Assembly: GCA_965208325.1 (NCBI GenBank)
Contig: OZ242326.1
Coordinates: forward strand, 960,001-1,024,000
DNA: 64,000 bases
Origin: Candidatus Poribacteria bacterium
Lineage (GTDB): Bacteria > Poribacteria > WGA-4E > PCPOR2b
Direction: 5' to 3'
A model generated the notes under the pieces. The model was not told where the DNA came from. It made no database searches and saw only the letters and a program-made list of their open reading frames with translations. Below, piece after piece: positions 53,669 to 63,854 of the stretch. How positions within the stretch are numbered: position 1 is the stretch's first letter; the number at the start of each line of letters is the position of its first letter. Both the position numbers and the translations under genes were made by a program.

Positions 53669-53860
53669 CTAACACGCCAAAAAGAGAATGGAGAACAATA
53701 CCTCGAGTAGACACCCCATGCGCCGATCGGCGGTCTTGTTGTTAGTGCCTGTCCCTGAATCGCACGCTGTATCTCCGCACTCTATTGAACAGTGATATTG
53801 CGTGCCGTGTTCGGGTTCAAACTGTGTCTGGCAAATCGGACATACCCTGAGATTACTCAT
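53669..53860 (-). CDS. Small Cys-rich putative Zn-finger protein with hydrophobic C-terminus
   Basis: CPIC...HCSIEC; AAGGGGTG RBS before ATG at 53860. Confidence 0.5.
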   Translation of the reverse strand: MSNLRVCPICQTQFEPEHGTQYHCSIECGDTACDSGTGTNNKTADRRMGCLLEVLFSILFLAC

Positions 53861-53928
53861 TTTCCACCCCTTTTCCAATAGCGCCCGCATACGCGACTCT
53901 TGTCGGGCCAATGAGGACATGCCACGGT

Positions 53929-54645
53929 CTAGTAAAGAAAGGATTCTGGCTGATAGCCGGATGGCTCGAGCACCACAATGACTGCCCTGCCGTCTGCGGA
54001 TTTCGGAATCGGAAATGTTACGGTGTGATGCCGGACATAAAATATCGGGTTACGTTGATGGCGCCTAATAAACTCGCTAGCCGAAACCATGTTCCCCTTG
54101 ACCGGCGGCAGGTAGTAGTGCATGGGGAAAATCCACTTCGGTTTCAGAATATCAAGCATCGGCTCAAGTTCGTGGAGTTTAAGCGTGAGCCGTTCGCCTA
54201 CGATGGCAAGCAGTACATCACACCGGCCGATGAAGGGGGCAAGCTGATCCGCATCAAGCTCGTAACCGAGGTCGCCCATATGCAAGAACCAATTCCCGCC
54301 GGCTTTGAAGGCGTACAAGGCATTATCGTCTGCGCCCTCCGGATGATCCTCCGCTTCGGCGGCTTTGACCGTGATGAGAGGCTCGCCGTTGATTACTGCG
54401 TTGTCTCGGCCTTCAGCTACAGCCAGCGCATCAATTACGCGCGGGTTTCCCTCAACGAGCTCAACGTAGGAGTGCCCCCTATCCGTGAGCGAACTCGCAA
54501 TAATTGTGTCCGCCTTAAGCCGGAAATCGTCATCGCCGGGCAGCCCGAGCGCGGAGGGCGTGTAGGGATCCATGGCAATAGCGGGTTTGCCGTCCTGCCA
54601 GAGCCGAAAGCAGGCAAGCCCTACCCATTCAAGCGAAACGGACAT
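53929..54645 (-). CDS. Metallo-beta-lactamase fold protein with degenerate metal motif
   Basis: LEWVGLACFRL, MDPY, HMGDLG, PKWIFPMHY; GGAG RBS before ATG 54645. Confidence 0.75.
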   Translation of the reverse strand: MSVSLEWVGLACFRLWQDGKPAIAMDPYTPSALGLPGDDDFRLKADTIIASSLTDRGHSYVELVEGNPRVIDALAVAEGRDNAVINGEPLITVKAAEAEDHPEGADDNALYAFKAGGNWFLHMGDLGYELDADQLAPFIGRCDVLLAIVGERLTLKLHELEPMLDILKPKWIFPMHYYLPPVKGNMVSASEFIRRHQRNPIFYVRHHTVTFPIPKSADGRAVIVVLEPSGYQPESFLY

Positions 54646-54659
54646 CAACCACGCTCCTT

Positions 54660-55661
54660 TTATTCCTCTCCGAGCCCGCCCGCCCGTTCCATGCCAGCAA
54701 TCTCCCACCACTTCGCGCCGGGCGACTTCTCGAGTACGATTGGCTTGAGAAAATCCACCGATTTCCGCAACCCTTCATCAAGGTCGAAATATTCGGATTC
54801 CATCTCGACCGAAAGCACGTGGTCATAACCGATGAAGCGGAGGGTTGTGGCAAATTCGCGCCATTCTAGCTCGGAGTGCCCCCATCCAACCAGAGTGTAT
54901 GTCCAGGAACGATCCGCCGGTTGTTCAGGGGTGCTAGAGTCTGTGTTTCCCCGCAGCCGCGCGTTGTGCGGGTGGAAGGTAACGTCTTTTACGTGGACGT
55001 GCTGAACGAGTGGACCGAGAAAGCGCGCGGCTTCGATTGGGTCAATGCCCTGATACCACAAATGCGAAATATCAAAGTTGCAAGCAACAACATCACCGAT
55101 TTCATCGTGCAACCGCTTCACGGCGACAGGGTTGTGGATCATATCGCCGCCATGCATCTCAAAACACAGCGTGACGCCGTGATCGGCAGCAATCTTCCCG
55201 TGTTCACGCCAGTAAGGGAGCAACCGCTTTTCCCACTGCCATTCAAGGGTGTCTCGCAGGAAGGGCCACTCGGCGAAGGTCACCCAATTTGGGGCGGTAT
55301 CGCCTTCGGCGCCTTCAGGCAGCCCTGCCAACAGCGTCATCCGCCTAATTCCGGCTGCCTCCATAAATTTCCAAGACTCGCGAAGTTCCTGCGAATACTT
55401 ATCGGCGACCGCCTTATTCGGCATGAGCGGCGCACCGTGCGCTCCCATAGCGCTGATTTCGAGTCCATACCGAGCATAGGTGTCATGCCAGCGATCAATT
55501 TCACCTTTGTCTGCGAGGAGTTTCTGCGGATCACAGTATTTCCTCGCCCAAAGCCCCGCGATTCCAACCTCTATCGCCTGAAACCCTAGGTCTTGCGCAT
55601 ACCGCAGACCATCCTCAAAATCTAAATGCATCAAGTTCTGTGAAATCACTCCGAGTTTCAT
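54660..55661 (-). CDS. Sugar phosphate isomerase/epimerase (TIM barrel)
   Basis: FEMHGG, NFDISHL, HVHVKD, VGWGH, SVEME. Confidence 0.88.
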   Translation of the reverse strand: MKLGVISQNLMHLDFEDGLRYAQDLGFQAIEVGIAGLWARKYCDPQKLLADKGEIDRWHDTYARYGLEISAMGAHGAPLMPNKAVADKYSQELRESWKFMEAAGIRRMTLLAGLPEGAEGDTAPNWVTFAEWPFLRDTLEWQWEKRLLPYWREHGKIAADHGVTLCFEMHGGDMIHNPVAVKRLHDEIGDVVACNFDISHLWYQGIDPIEAARFLGPLVQHVHVKDVTFHPHNARLRGNTDSSTPEQPADRSWTYTLVGWGHSELEWREFATTLRFIGYDHVLSVEMESEYFDLDEGLRKSVDFLKPIVLEKSPGAKWWEIAGMERAGGLGEE

Positions 55662-56212
55662 GTAAATCTCCTTCGTTTCTTACCTCAGTATCATAGGAAC
55701 TGCGCACAATCCAATCTATTTTTACTGCATCGATTTGGCAGTTTTCAATCGTGTCCTCAATCTGCAAGCTATGTCCTCGGGGACACTTACTTATTTCGGA
55801 AAAATTTTGATTAATTTTCGCTGCTCCGATTGCTTCTGAAACGAGCCAAACACTAGCTTCGCGGTATGTCTTGAGCTTGTCTAAATAAGTCGGGAACCAT
55901 GGGTCCAAAAGTGACCTTTTGTGTCCTATAATCGGAGTTTAAAATTTCCTGGTTTCACTTCGTGGCAGGTTTGAAGACTTCATGTGATTTTGAATAGTTA
56001 ATGGCGGCTCGTGATTGTAATGCGCGGCACCGGCTGCACTGCTTGTAGTGTAACAGATCGATTGCAGACTGTCAACCGTTCATTTCCACCGCGTTACTAA
56101 ATCGGGTTGGGTAAAGCGGAATTGGGGAAACGCAAGCAATGGAATACAATCTAGCACCCGTAGGAGGGAATTCCAATTCCCGAAATGTCGCTAAGCGATC
56201 TTGAAAAAGTAT

Positions 56213-56450
56213 TTGTAGGTTGGGTAGAGCGGCTAATACCAAAACCGTTCTGATTGCATCAAACGTTCAGGACGCAAAGCACCCCGCATTGAAAATTATG
56301 TGCAGCGAAACCCAACGCTTTTCTGCCGTCTATAGATTTCAAAAGCGTTGGGTTTCGCTTCGCGCTGCCAATGCTTGAACGCAGTCAACACATCAAACTT
56401 ATGCATCATAATCCACATGTTTCAACATTCCCGCTCTACCCAACCTACAA
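56213..56450. mobile_element. REPIN/MITE-like element with 20-bp terminal inverted repeats; further copies at about 57351-57585 and 58017-58250
   Basis: TTGTAGGTTGGGTAGAGCGG / CCGCTCTACCCAACCTACAA ends; internal GCGAAACCCAACGCTTTT..AAAAGCGTTGGGTTTCGC palindrome; no ORF. Confidence 0.75.
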
Positions 56451-56770
56451 GAGCTGCGCCTTCGCTATTCGGTCAGTTGATCACTCCCTATTCAGTCGCT
56501 TGATCTTTCACTATTCGCTGGGTTAATCGCTTGTCAGGCGGCCTGAATGGCATTCGCCGTGGTGTCCGTTATTGGCGTGAATTTCCTCCCAGATTTCTGC
56601 AAACTGAACATGGTCAACTTGTGCATTGCAAGAAAACGACTCTCATGCATTGCAAAACGGCACAAACTCTGATAAAATAGCTCTGATAAAATAGGTACAT
56701 GACGATACGGAATTTGAACCGGTATTGAATTTAAAGTCATGTTTTCAACACCGAAGGAGTGTGCCATACT

Positions 56771-57016
56771 ATGAAAGTGGTGGAGTATATTGCAGAAATA
56801 CTGCCCAACGGTTCTCTGGCATTGCCCGACGACATCCGCAAGGAATTGGGATCTCAAAAGCACGTCAAGGTCAGGTTGACTGTGAAAACCCCTTCAACAC
56901 CTAATCTTCAGAAGGGTTGGCAAATTTTCAGAAACCTTGGAAAAGATGCTGTTGATGGGAAACTATCCAACACTTCCAAAAAGCATGATGAATACCTTTA
57001 CGGCGTTCGGAAATGA
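56771..57016 (+). CDS. AbrB/MazE-like VapB-type antitoxin
   Basis: AAGGAG RBS upstream; AEILPNGSLALPDDIRKELG and C-terminal SKKHDEYLYG typical of antitoxins preceding PIN toxins. Confidence 0.65.
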   Translation: MKVVEYIAEILPNGSLALPDDIRKELGSQKHVKVRLTVKTPSTPNLQKGWQIFRNLGKDAVDGKLSNTSKKHDEYLYGVRK

Positions 57017-57060
57017 GAGAAATCTTTGGAGATACCAGCTTTTTCCTACCCTTATCCTAC
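57013..57060 (+). pseudogene. Truncated VapC/PIN toxin 5' remnant
   Basis: ATGA overlap with the antitoxin stop; MREIFGDTSFF matches the PIN N-terminal hhhDTS motif; runs straight into repeat DNA. Confidence 0.6.
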
Positions 57061-57069
57061 CCGATACTA

Positions 57070-58284
57070 CCCCAGCCCAAACGTCGCACTTTGCCGACGT
57101 GCAGTGTTTGTAGGTTGGGTTGATTTCGCGGCGAGATGCAACCAATACAACCTCCCCTAACCCCTCCTTGGTAAGGACGGAAATAAAAACAAAAATCCTC
57201 CCCCTTATTAAGGGGGAGTTAGAGGGGGTCGTAAATATATCGGCGGGAATCGGAATCGCCTCCTACCAATATTCAACCCCCCGTAGGATCAATCGCCGAG
57301 TCGCGGCACCCTTTGTTCGTTTATTTCCTTCAGCAATACCTGTGTGTTTTTAGGTTGGGTAGAACGCGCATTACCAAATCCGTTCCGATAGCATTAACCA
57401 TTCAGGACGCGAAAAACCAGACATTGCCAATTAGGTGCAGCGAAACCCAACGCTTTTCTGCTGTCTAGAGATTTCAAAAGCGTTGGGTTTCGCTTCGCGC
57501 TGCCAATGCTTGAACGCAATTAACACACCAACGTTATGCCTTATTATCCACATGTTTCAACAATCCCGCTCTACCCAACCTACAAGAGCTACGCCTTCGC
57601 TATTCGGTCAGTTGATCCCTTGTCAGAGTGAGCATGTTAGACATGCGATTTTTCTTGACCTACCCCAATGACAGCCTAACGGTACTTGAAGAAACCGAGT
57701 TTTGGGGAAAAAACTCGGTTTCTGACATTTACACCCCACCCCAAACGTGCCACTTCTGCCGACGCGCAGTTATTTGTAGATTGGGTTGATTTAGCGGCGA
57801 GATCCAACCAATACAACCTCCCCTAACCCCTCCTTGGTAAGGAGGGGAATAAAAACAAAAATCCTCCCCCTTATTAAGGGGGAGTTAGAGGGGGTCGTAG
57901 ATATATCGGCGGGAATCGGAATCGCCTCCTACCAATATTCAACCCCCCGTAGGATCAATCGCCGAGTCGCGGCACCCTTTGTTCGTTTATTTCCTTCAGC
58001 AATACCTGTGTGTTTTTAGTTGGGTAGAGCGGCTAATACCAAAACCGTTCTGATTGCATTAAACGTTCAGGACGCAAAGCACCCCGCATTGCAAATTACG
58101 TGCAGTGAAACCCAACGCTTTTCTGCTGTCTAGAGATTTCAAAAGCGTTGGGTTTCGCTACCTACTACTAATTCTTGCACGCTATCAACACACCAACCTT
58201 ATTCCTCACAATCCACATGTTTCACCAATCCCGCTCTACCCAACCTACAAGAGCTACGCCTTCGCTATTCCGTCAGTTGATCCT
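57070..58284 (+). repeat. ~550-bp direct duplication of a composite repeat block (about 57070-57620 and 57734-58284)
   Basis: Near-identical CAACCAATACAACCTCCCCTAACCCC...TGTGTGTTTT module followed by the REPIN-like module and a 23-nt unit in both copies. Confidence 0.85.
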
Positions 58285-58612
58285 CCTTGGTAGGATCGGG
58301 AATGAATATGGAATGGAGCGAAAAAGATTAATCGGGGTGTGAGTGGGCCGTGGGACTGGAATAAAAAATTATCGCGCTTCCTATTCCGTCGCTGGAAATT
58401 TCGCTTTTCACGCAATTGATTGCTCAATCCATCTGACAAAAACTACACACATGTCGCCCCTCTGGGGCTATTTCAAGCATTATCTTCGCCTACTATACAC
58501 CTGTCGCGCCGCTGGCGCTTATGGCGGCGAACGAATAGTTAGCCGAGATTGAAAGCACGCAAACCTTCAATTTTTGCTTCTCGCTTTTCGTGAATCAGCC
58601 GGTGGGTAGGAA

Positions 58613-59038
58613 TTACTGGCGTGGGGGGCGGCGGAGCGATTTGGGACGTCCGAGGATCTCGGACAGGATTATGCCTTGTCGCACGGTCTGTGACGACAGG
58701 GAAATTCCGGCGATTGTGTCTACTTGCGGCACCCGCGCGCCGGCAGCGCTGTCCACGTCGCTCGGACGGATTTCAGACTCGTCCGGAGCAACCACATCGT
58801 GGGATGGTGTTTCCTGCGGCTTGGGCGGCGGTTCTTCGGACTGCATCACAGGCGGCGCGGGTTGAACTTCTTCCTCCATGGGATCGAGGTTACCCCAAGG
58901 CGGCAGAAAAACGCCATCTTCTTCTTCCTCAAGCGAGAGGTCCGGGTCTGACCGTTGCCGATTTTGCCTTCGCGCCGCACTCACCAGGGCTATCACGATG
59001 AATATGATCACTGGAATAAGTTGGATTAATTCATCCAT
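58613..59038 (-). CDS. YqfB-like membrane-anchored protein downstream of floA
   Basis: N-terminal TM, Pro/Glu-rich linker, C-terminal RQGIILSEILGRPKSLR; GAGGA RBS. Confidence 0.7.
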   Translation of the reverse strand: MDELIQLIPVIIFIVIALVSAARRQNRQRSDPDLSLEEEEDGVFLPPWGNLDPMEEEVQPAPPVMQSEEPPPKPQETPSHDVVAPDESEIRPSDVDSAAGARVPQVDTIAGISLSSQTVRQGIILSEILGRPKSLRRPPRQ

Positions 59039-59054
59039 TGACGATTTCCTCGTT

Positions 59055-59085
59055 TAATGCGTAATGCGTAATGCGTAATGCGTAA
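59055..59085. repeat. Heptamer tandem repeat (TAATGCG)x4
   Basis: Four exact copies plus TAA just upstream of the RBS of the 59038 gene. Confidence 0.9.
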
Positions 59086-59249
59086 GGCTTTGATTAGGTC
59101 GACAAAACTCTACACATCGGCACTTAATCTTAAGGCCATCAAAAAATTGGGCTGAACCGCCCAAAGACTATCGCCTTCAGTGGGGATTTAGCGGGTTCCA
59201 CAATCGTTCGGTTGACTTGGCACGCCAAAATGTCAACACGCCTCGGGCT

Positions 59250-60275
59250 TTACGAAACTCCCAGTGAATGGGATGACCGCGTCGTGTCACGTTCACTGCC
59301 AGGAACGGCGATGGATTGGCGCATCTCCGTATCCGCAATGATGTTTCGGAGATTGTAGTAATCCATAACATTCATCCGGCTAGACGTGAATGCGTCCGCA
59401 ATACCACGAGGCACTTCGGCTTCAGCCTCAATGAGTCCGACTGTCATCTCTTCGACGAGGGCTTTATTTTCTTCCTCTTCCGCCTGCGCTCTGGCACGCC
59501 GCTCTTCGGCTTTAGCCCGAGCAATCTTTAATTCCGCCTGTGCTTGGTCCGTCTGCAATTTCGCCCCGACATTTTCGCCGACATTTATGTCCGCGATGTC
59601 GATGGACAAAATCTCGAAAGCGGTGCCGGCTGATAACCCTTTTTCGAGGACTGTTTCTGAAATTCGTACGGGATTTTCCAAGACCTGCTTATGGCTGGTT
59701 GCCGATCCGATTGTCGTGATGATGCCCTCACCGACCCTGGCAATAATTGTCTCTTCCCCCGCACCGCCAACAAGCCGATCGATATTTGCTCTGACCGTCA
59801 CCCTCGCCTTGACAACGAGTTGAATACCATCACGCGCAACCGCGGTGATGCCAAGCCTATCGTCTCCTTTTGCAGGGATATCAATGATCTCCGGTGTGAC
59901 GCTTACCTGCACGGCTTGCAGCACATCCCGTCCAGCAAGGTCGATAGCGGCTGCCCGCGCAAAGCCAAGGGTGATGTTAGCTTTATCCGCGGCGATGAGT
60001 GCGGCAACCACGCTTGCGACGTTCCCGCCTGCGAGGTAATGTGCTTCGAGATTATCGAGCGAGAGGTTTAGTCCGGCTTTCGTCGCATTTATTTGCGGGT
60101 CAATTATGCCTTTTGGCGGCACGCGACGCAACCGCATAGCGATTAACGAAAAGATTCCAACGCGGACGTTTGCGGCGATGGCAGTAATCCATAATCGGAC
60201 AGGGATGAAGGAAATCAGAAAAATGAAACCAATGACTACAATAACAGCTAGAAGGATAATTGGCAAGGTCAGCAT
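59250..60275 (-). CDS. floA: Flotillin-like protein FloA (YqfA), copy 2, full length
   Basis: [58 protein letters not shown]. Confidence 0.92.
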   Translation of the reverse strand: MLTLPIILLAVIVVIGFIFLISFIPVRLWITAIAANVRVGIFSLIAMRLRRVPPKGIIDPQINATKAGLNLSLDNLEAHYLAGGNVASVVAALIAADKANITLGFARAAAIDLAGRDVLQAVQVSVTPEIIDIPAKGDDRLGITAVARDGIQLVVKARVTVRANIDRLVGGAGEETIIARVGEGIITTIGSATSHKQVLENPVRISETVLEKGLSAGTAFEILSIDIADINVGENVGAKLQTDQAQAELKIARAKAEERRARAQAEEEENKALVEEMTVGLIEAEAEVPRGIADAFTSSRMNVMDYYNLRNIIADTEMRQSIAVPGSERDTTRSSHSLGVS

Positions 60276-60295
60276 TTGTAAAGTCTCCTATAAAT

Positions 60296-61198
60296 TTACG
60301 ATGTTAAGTTTCCTTCTCTGAATGCTGCGGCGACAGCGCGAGGGACGGACGCTTCGGCTTCTACGACTCTTGCACGCCTATCTTGGACATTCGCGGTCAT
60401 CTCTTGCTTACGCGCGACCGCCATAGCACGGCGCTCCTCGGCTTTCGCTTGGGCAACAACCAGATCGGCTTCAGCCTGCTCTGCCTGCAGTTCCGCACCA
60501 ATATTTTTTCCAACGTTTACATCGGCGATATCAATAGAAAGAATTTCATATGCGGTGCCCGCGTCTAGCCCGCGGTCGAGTACGGTTTTGGAAATAATAT
60601 CGGGGTTTTCGAGGACATCTTCGTAGGTTTCTGATGCGCCGATTGCGCTGATAATGCCCTCACCGACGCGCGCGAGAATTGTCTCTTCACCCGCGCCGCC
60701 AACGAGGCGGTTAATGTTTGCCCTGACGGTGATCCGAACGGTAGCAATGAGTTCAACTCCGTCGAGAGCAACCGCACTGATCCTAGTAGTTGTGATGACG
60801 CGCGGATTTACACTCACCTGCACAGCATCAAGCACATCGCGCCCGGCTAAATCTATGGCTGCAGCGCGTTGAAAATTAAGGTCGATCTTTGCTTTATCTG
60901 CGGCAATTAATGCATTAACCACTCGCAAAACGTTTCCGCCCGCGAGATAGTGCGCCTCCAAATCAGGGGTAACGACTGTCAATCCTGCTTTTGTCGCGCT
61001 AACCTGACCGTTGACAATTACATTGGGGTTCACGCGGCGCAACCGCATCCCCACCAGATCGCTGACGATGCGAATTCGCACACCCGCCGCCCGCGCGGCG
61101 ATCCAAAGTCCAACAGGCACAAAGTAAAAAAAGATGAATAAAAAAAACAGTATTACTACGGCGATAATTGCGATAGGCAATTGTCCCAATTCTTCCAT
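60296..61198 (-). CDS. floA: Flotillin-like protein FloA (YqfA), copy 1, short C-terminus
   Basis: Same core motifs; ends [17 protein letters not shown] before ATG 61198. Confidence 0.9.
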   Translation of the reverse strand: MEELGQLPIAIIAVVILFFLFIFFYFVPVGLWIAARAAGVRIRIVSDLVGMRLRRVNPNVIVNGQVSATKAGLTVVTPDLEAHYLAGGNVLRVVNALIAADKAKIDLNFQRAAAIDLAGRDVLDAVQVSVNPRVITTTRISAVALDGVELIATVRITVRANINRLVGGAGEETILARVGEGIISAIGASETYEDVLENPDIISKTVLDRGLDAGTAYEILSIDIADVNVGKNIGAELQAEQAEADLVVAQAKAEERRAMAVARKQEMTANVQDRRARVVEAEASVPRAVAAAFREGNLTS

Positions 61199-61332
61199 GT
61201 CAAATCTCCTTACAATTAACAACAGCGCTACTTCGTACAGGATTTAACGACTCAAATCCGGAATACTCACGCTGTGTTTGCGGACTTGATAACTCACACG
61301 CAGATTAGATTGCCAAAGCATACTCACATCCA

Positions 61333-61815
61333 TCACAAATTTCGGACGACAACTCGATTGCTCTCAACGACAATTACTTCCACTTCTGCATCGGTTTCAA
61401 TGAATTCCCCGCTGGTTACAACATCTACTCTGTGACCGTCAATTAACGCTGCGCCGGCTGGCCTTAGCGGGGTAATTGCGCGACCGGATTTTCCCACCAA
61501 ATTTACCAGACTTTCAGACGGCGCTTGGAAACCGTCTGCGCTCTTTTCGGCAGCGTCAAGAATAAAGGTCTTGCCGAGTCTGGTGCGAGGGGCAAGCCAC
61601 AGCCCCAAAATGGCAATTGGAATAGTCACGATGACGACGCCGCCAGCGTACATCAATGCAGTTTCCCAGCCAGCGGACAACCACACACTCGCCACACCAA
61701 TGGAAATTAATACAATTCCCGGTATACCTGCGGCGCCAAAACCGGGGAGCAAGATAATTTCAATGAATACCAACAATAGACCTAAACCGATGAGGAAAAT
61801 GGGCAACCAAGACAT
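61333..61815 (-). CDS. Short NfeD-family protein (TM plus OB fold)
   Basis: EIILLPGFGAAGIPG, TPLRPAG, RVDVVTSGEFI. Confidence 0.88.
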   Translation of the reverse strand: MSWLPIFLIGLGLLLVFIEIILLPGFGAAGIPGIVLISIGVASVWLSAGWETALMYAGGVVIVTIPIAILGLWLAPRTRLGKTFILDAAEKSADGFQAPSESLVNLVGKSGRAITPLRPAGAALIDGHRVDVVTSGEFIETDAEVEVIVVESNRVVVRNL

Positions 61816-61991
61816 GGGAATTATTAGGGCTTAATGTAATGAGTTTAGGGCTTAAGCAATTGAACGCTCAAGGCATTGAATTAAGTACGCTCAATGTTTC
61901 GCCGCTTGCGTACAATACTTTGAATCTTGATGTCAGCATTCAGGCGTGGGTTACGGCATACGGCGCATGCCTACGACTATGATTTCTGATA

Positions 61992-63530
61992 TCAGGTACT
62001 GTCTATTCCTTCAACGAATATTTTGGAACCTTCAACATCAACAATCTTTACGGACGCTTCCGCATCAACAAAATCTCCCACCGTTACAACATCGAGCCGT
62101 TTGTCTCCCAGTCGCACGGTTCCAGACGGACGCAGCGGCGTGAGGGCAGTTGCGGTTTTACCGAGATAGCTCTGAAAATCTTCCCTTGACGCGGAATGAT
62201 ATCCGAGTTCCGAGTCCATGGCTGTTTCCAATACAAAACGGTTCCAAGTACGAGTCTTGGGCAAGACGTAAGCCAGAATTATGGAGAATCCGAATGTCAT
62301 TATAACTGACACAGAAAGCCAGAGGATTGCATCCTCAAACTCGTAAGCATTTTTGAATATATATAAGACGCTGCCGAACATGAAAGCGATGCCTGCGATG
62401 CCTGCGACGCCAAACCCCGGTATGACAAAAATTTCTAACAACAATAATCCAATGCCGAGGACAAATGCGGTTGCAGCCCATTCCGCTTCAATTTGAAGAA
62501 GCATATGACCACCGAAAAACAGACCGATACAAAGCAGTCCAAGTACGCCGGGGACGCCGAACCCAGGCGTCCGAAATTCTACAAATAGCCCAAGTGCTCC
62601 TAAAGAAAGCAGGATTGAACTCGCCCAAGGACTCGTGAGAAAGAAAACAACCCTATCTGCCAGCGTCACGGAGACTTCTTCGATGATGCTTTCTTTGAGT
62701 GATTTAATTACTTTCACGTTTTCGGCACCGAGTTCTGTCTGTTTCTGTAAAATCGTTTCTTGAGTCAACGCCAGGCTGGTTCCGTTTATGTCGACTATCT
62801 TGTACAACGCCAACAGTTCTTTAATGGACTCTGCTTGTGCATCAGCCAAGTCGTACCGCGATGCTTCCTCCGCGGTGAGTGTCAACAGTTCACCGTCATC
62901 ACCGCCAGCCACGATTACTTCCAACTGCTCTCCCGCGGCTTTTCTTTCGTCATACTTGTCAGGTCTAATTGCCTCAATTTCTCCATTTTCCCCGCGGACG
63001 AGATAAAGCCGCTTATCTACCATTGCAGCAGCGACACCTGTATTCCTGCCTTGACGTTCCGCTGTTGATTTAATGGTTCCCCGGATGTACGAAACCGCCT
63101 TCTCACCGAGCGCCTCCCCTTGAATCGTAACCGGTGCAGCGTCGCCGATTGTTCCCCCGGATGTAATTACAATCTGGTCACATGCTAGTGAAATGAGCGC
63201 TCCCGCCGAGATTGCCTGTCGATTCACATACGCGATTGTTGGAATCATAGTTTCCTGAATTGAGCGGACGATTTCAACAGCCGCATCAACACGGCCGCCG
63301 GGGGTGTCAATATCGAAAATAATCGCATCTGCATTGACTTTTTCGCTCTCTCGGATGCCGTTATTGATGTAGACGCTTAAACCCCTGCCAATTTCAGTGC
63401 GTATACTGATGATGTAGACATACGCGTCGTCGTCTAAGGCAATTAGCGCGGAAATTGACAACAAACCTCCCAACATGATGAGAATGTAGGCGGCAATCCG
63501 CATTTTTCGCTTAGTTATCATATCTAGCAC
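61992..63530 (-). CDS. Long NfeD/YqeZ-family membrane-bound ClpP-class protease
   Basis: IDTPGG, AISAGA (Ser), EKAVSY (Lys), LLTLT, PGFG TM repeats, TPLRPSG OB fold. Confidence 0.9.
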   Translation of the reverse strand: MLDMITKRKMRIAAYILIMLGGLLSISALIALDDDAYVYIISIRTEIGRGLSVYINNGIRESEKVNADAIIFDIDTPGGRVDAAVEIVRSIQETMIPTIAYVNRQAISAGALISLACDQIVITSGGTIGDAAPVTIQGEALGEKAVSYIRGTIKSTAERQGRNTGVAAAMVDKRLYLVRGENGEIEAIRPDKYDERKAAGEQLEVIVAGGDDGELLTLTAEEASRYDLADAQAESIKELLALYKIVDINGTSLALTQETILQKQTELGAENVKVIKSLKESIIEEVSVTLADRVVFFLTSPWASSILLSLGALGLFVEFRTPGFGVPGVLGLLCIGLFFGGHMLLQIEAEWAATAFVLGIGLLLLEIFVIPGFGVAGIAGIAFMFGSVLYIFKNAYEFEDAILWLSVSVIMTFGFSIILAYVLPKTRTWNRFVLETAMDSELGYHSASREDFQSYLGKTATALTPLRPSGTVRLGDKRLDVVTVGDFVDAEASVKIVDVEGSKIFVEGIDST

Positions 63531-63854
63531 CTGCTTTCCCCGATAGTATTATATCTTTGGTGCGTGATGTTGTCAAGCGTTTTGAGATGCGAACTTCTCA
63601 GAATTCATACCAATTGCTCCGCATATTCCGACCGGATGACCCGGCTCAAACAGGAAACACCACCGCCTTTAAATTCACGGGAGTTTTTTTGGTTATAGCG
63701 GACGATGTGTGTTATAATTAGCGTGTGCCGTTAGCGCCATTTTTTAAAACAATACCGAATTGCCCAATGTACAGCATGGCAGTACATCTTAAGGGTTATT
63801 CTCCGCACTAAAGGGTTAACGCCCAATGTCTACAATACAGGAGTTGCCGCTGAT

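Noticed and set aside
53911..55589. Long plus-strand ORFs 53911-54828 and 54876-55589
   Set aside because: Antisense shadows of well-supported minus-strand genes with no motifs
56260..56300. c-di-GMP-I riboswitch suggested by GGACGCAAAGC
   Set aside because: Lies inside a multicopy REPIN-like element and lacks the upstream GGCAAAC/GNRA stem
56305..56360. Integron attC array from ACCCAAC...GTTGGGT cores
   Set aside because: Only about 44 bp between cores, near-perfect arms without L-box extrahelical bases, part of a GTAG REP family, no intI and no cassette ORFs
57120..58293. Short ORFs at 57120, 57435, 57834 and 58105
   Set aside because: Translations of repeat modules, lacking RBS and protein-like features
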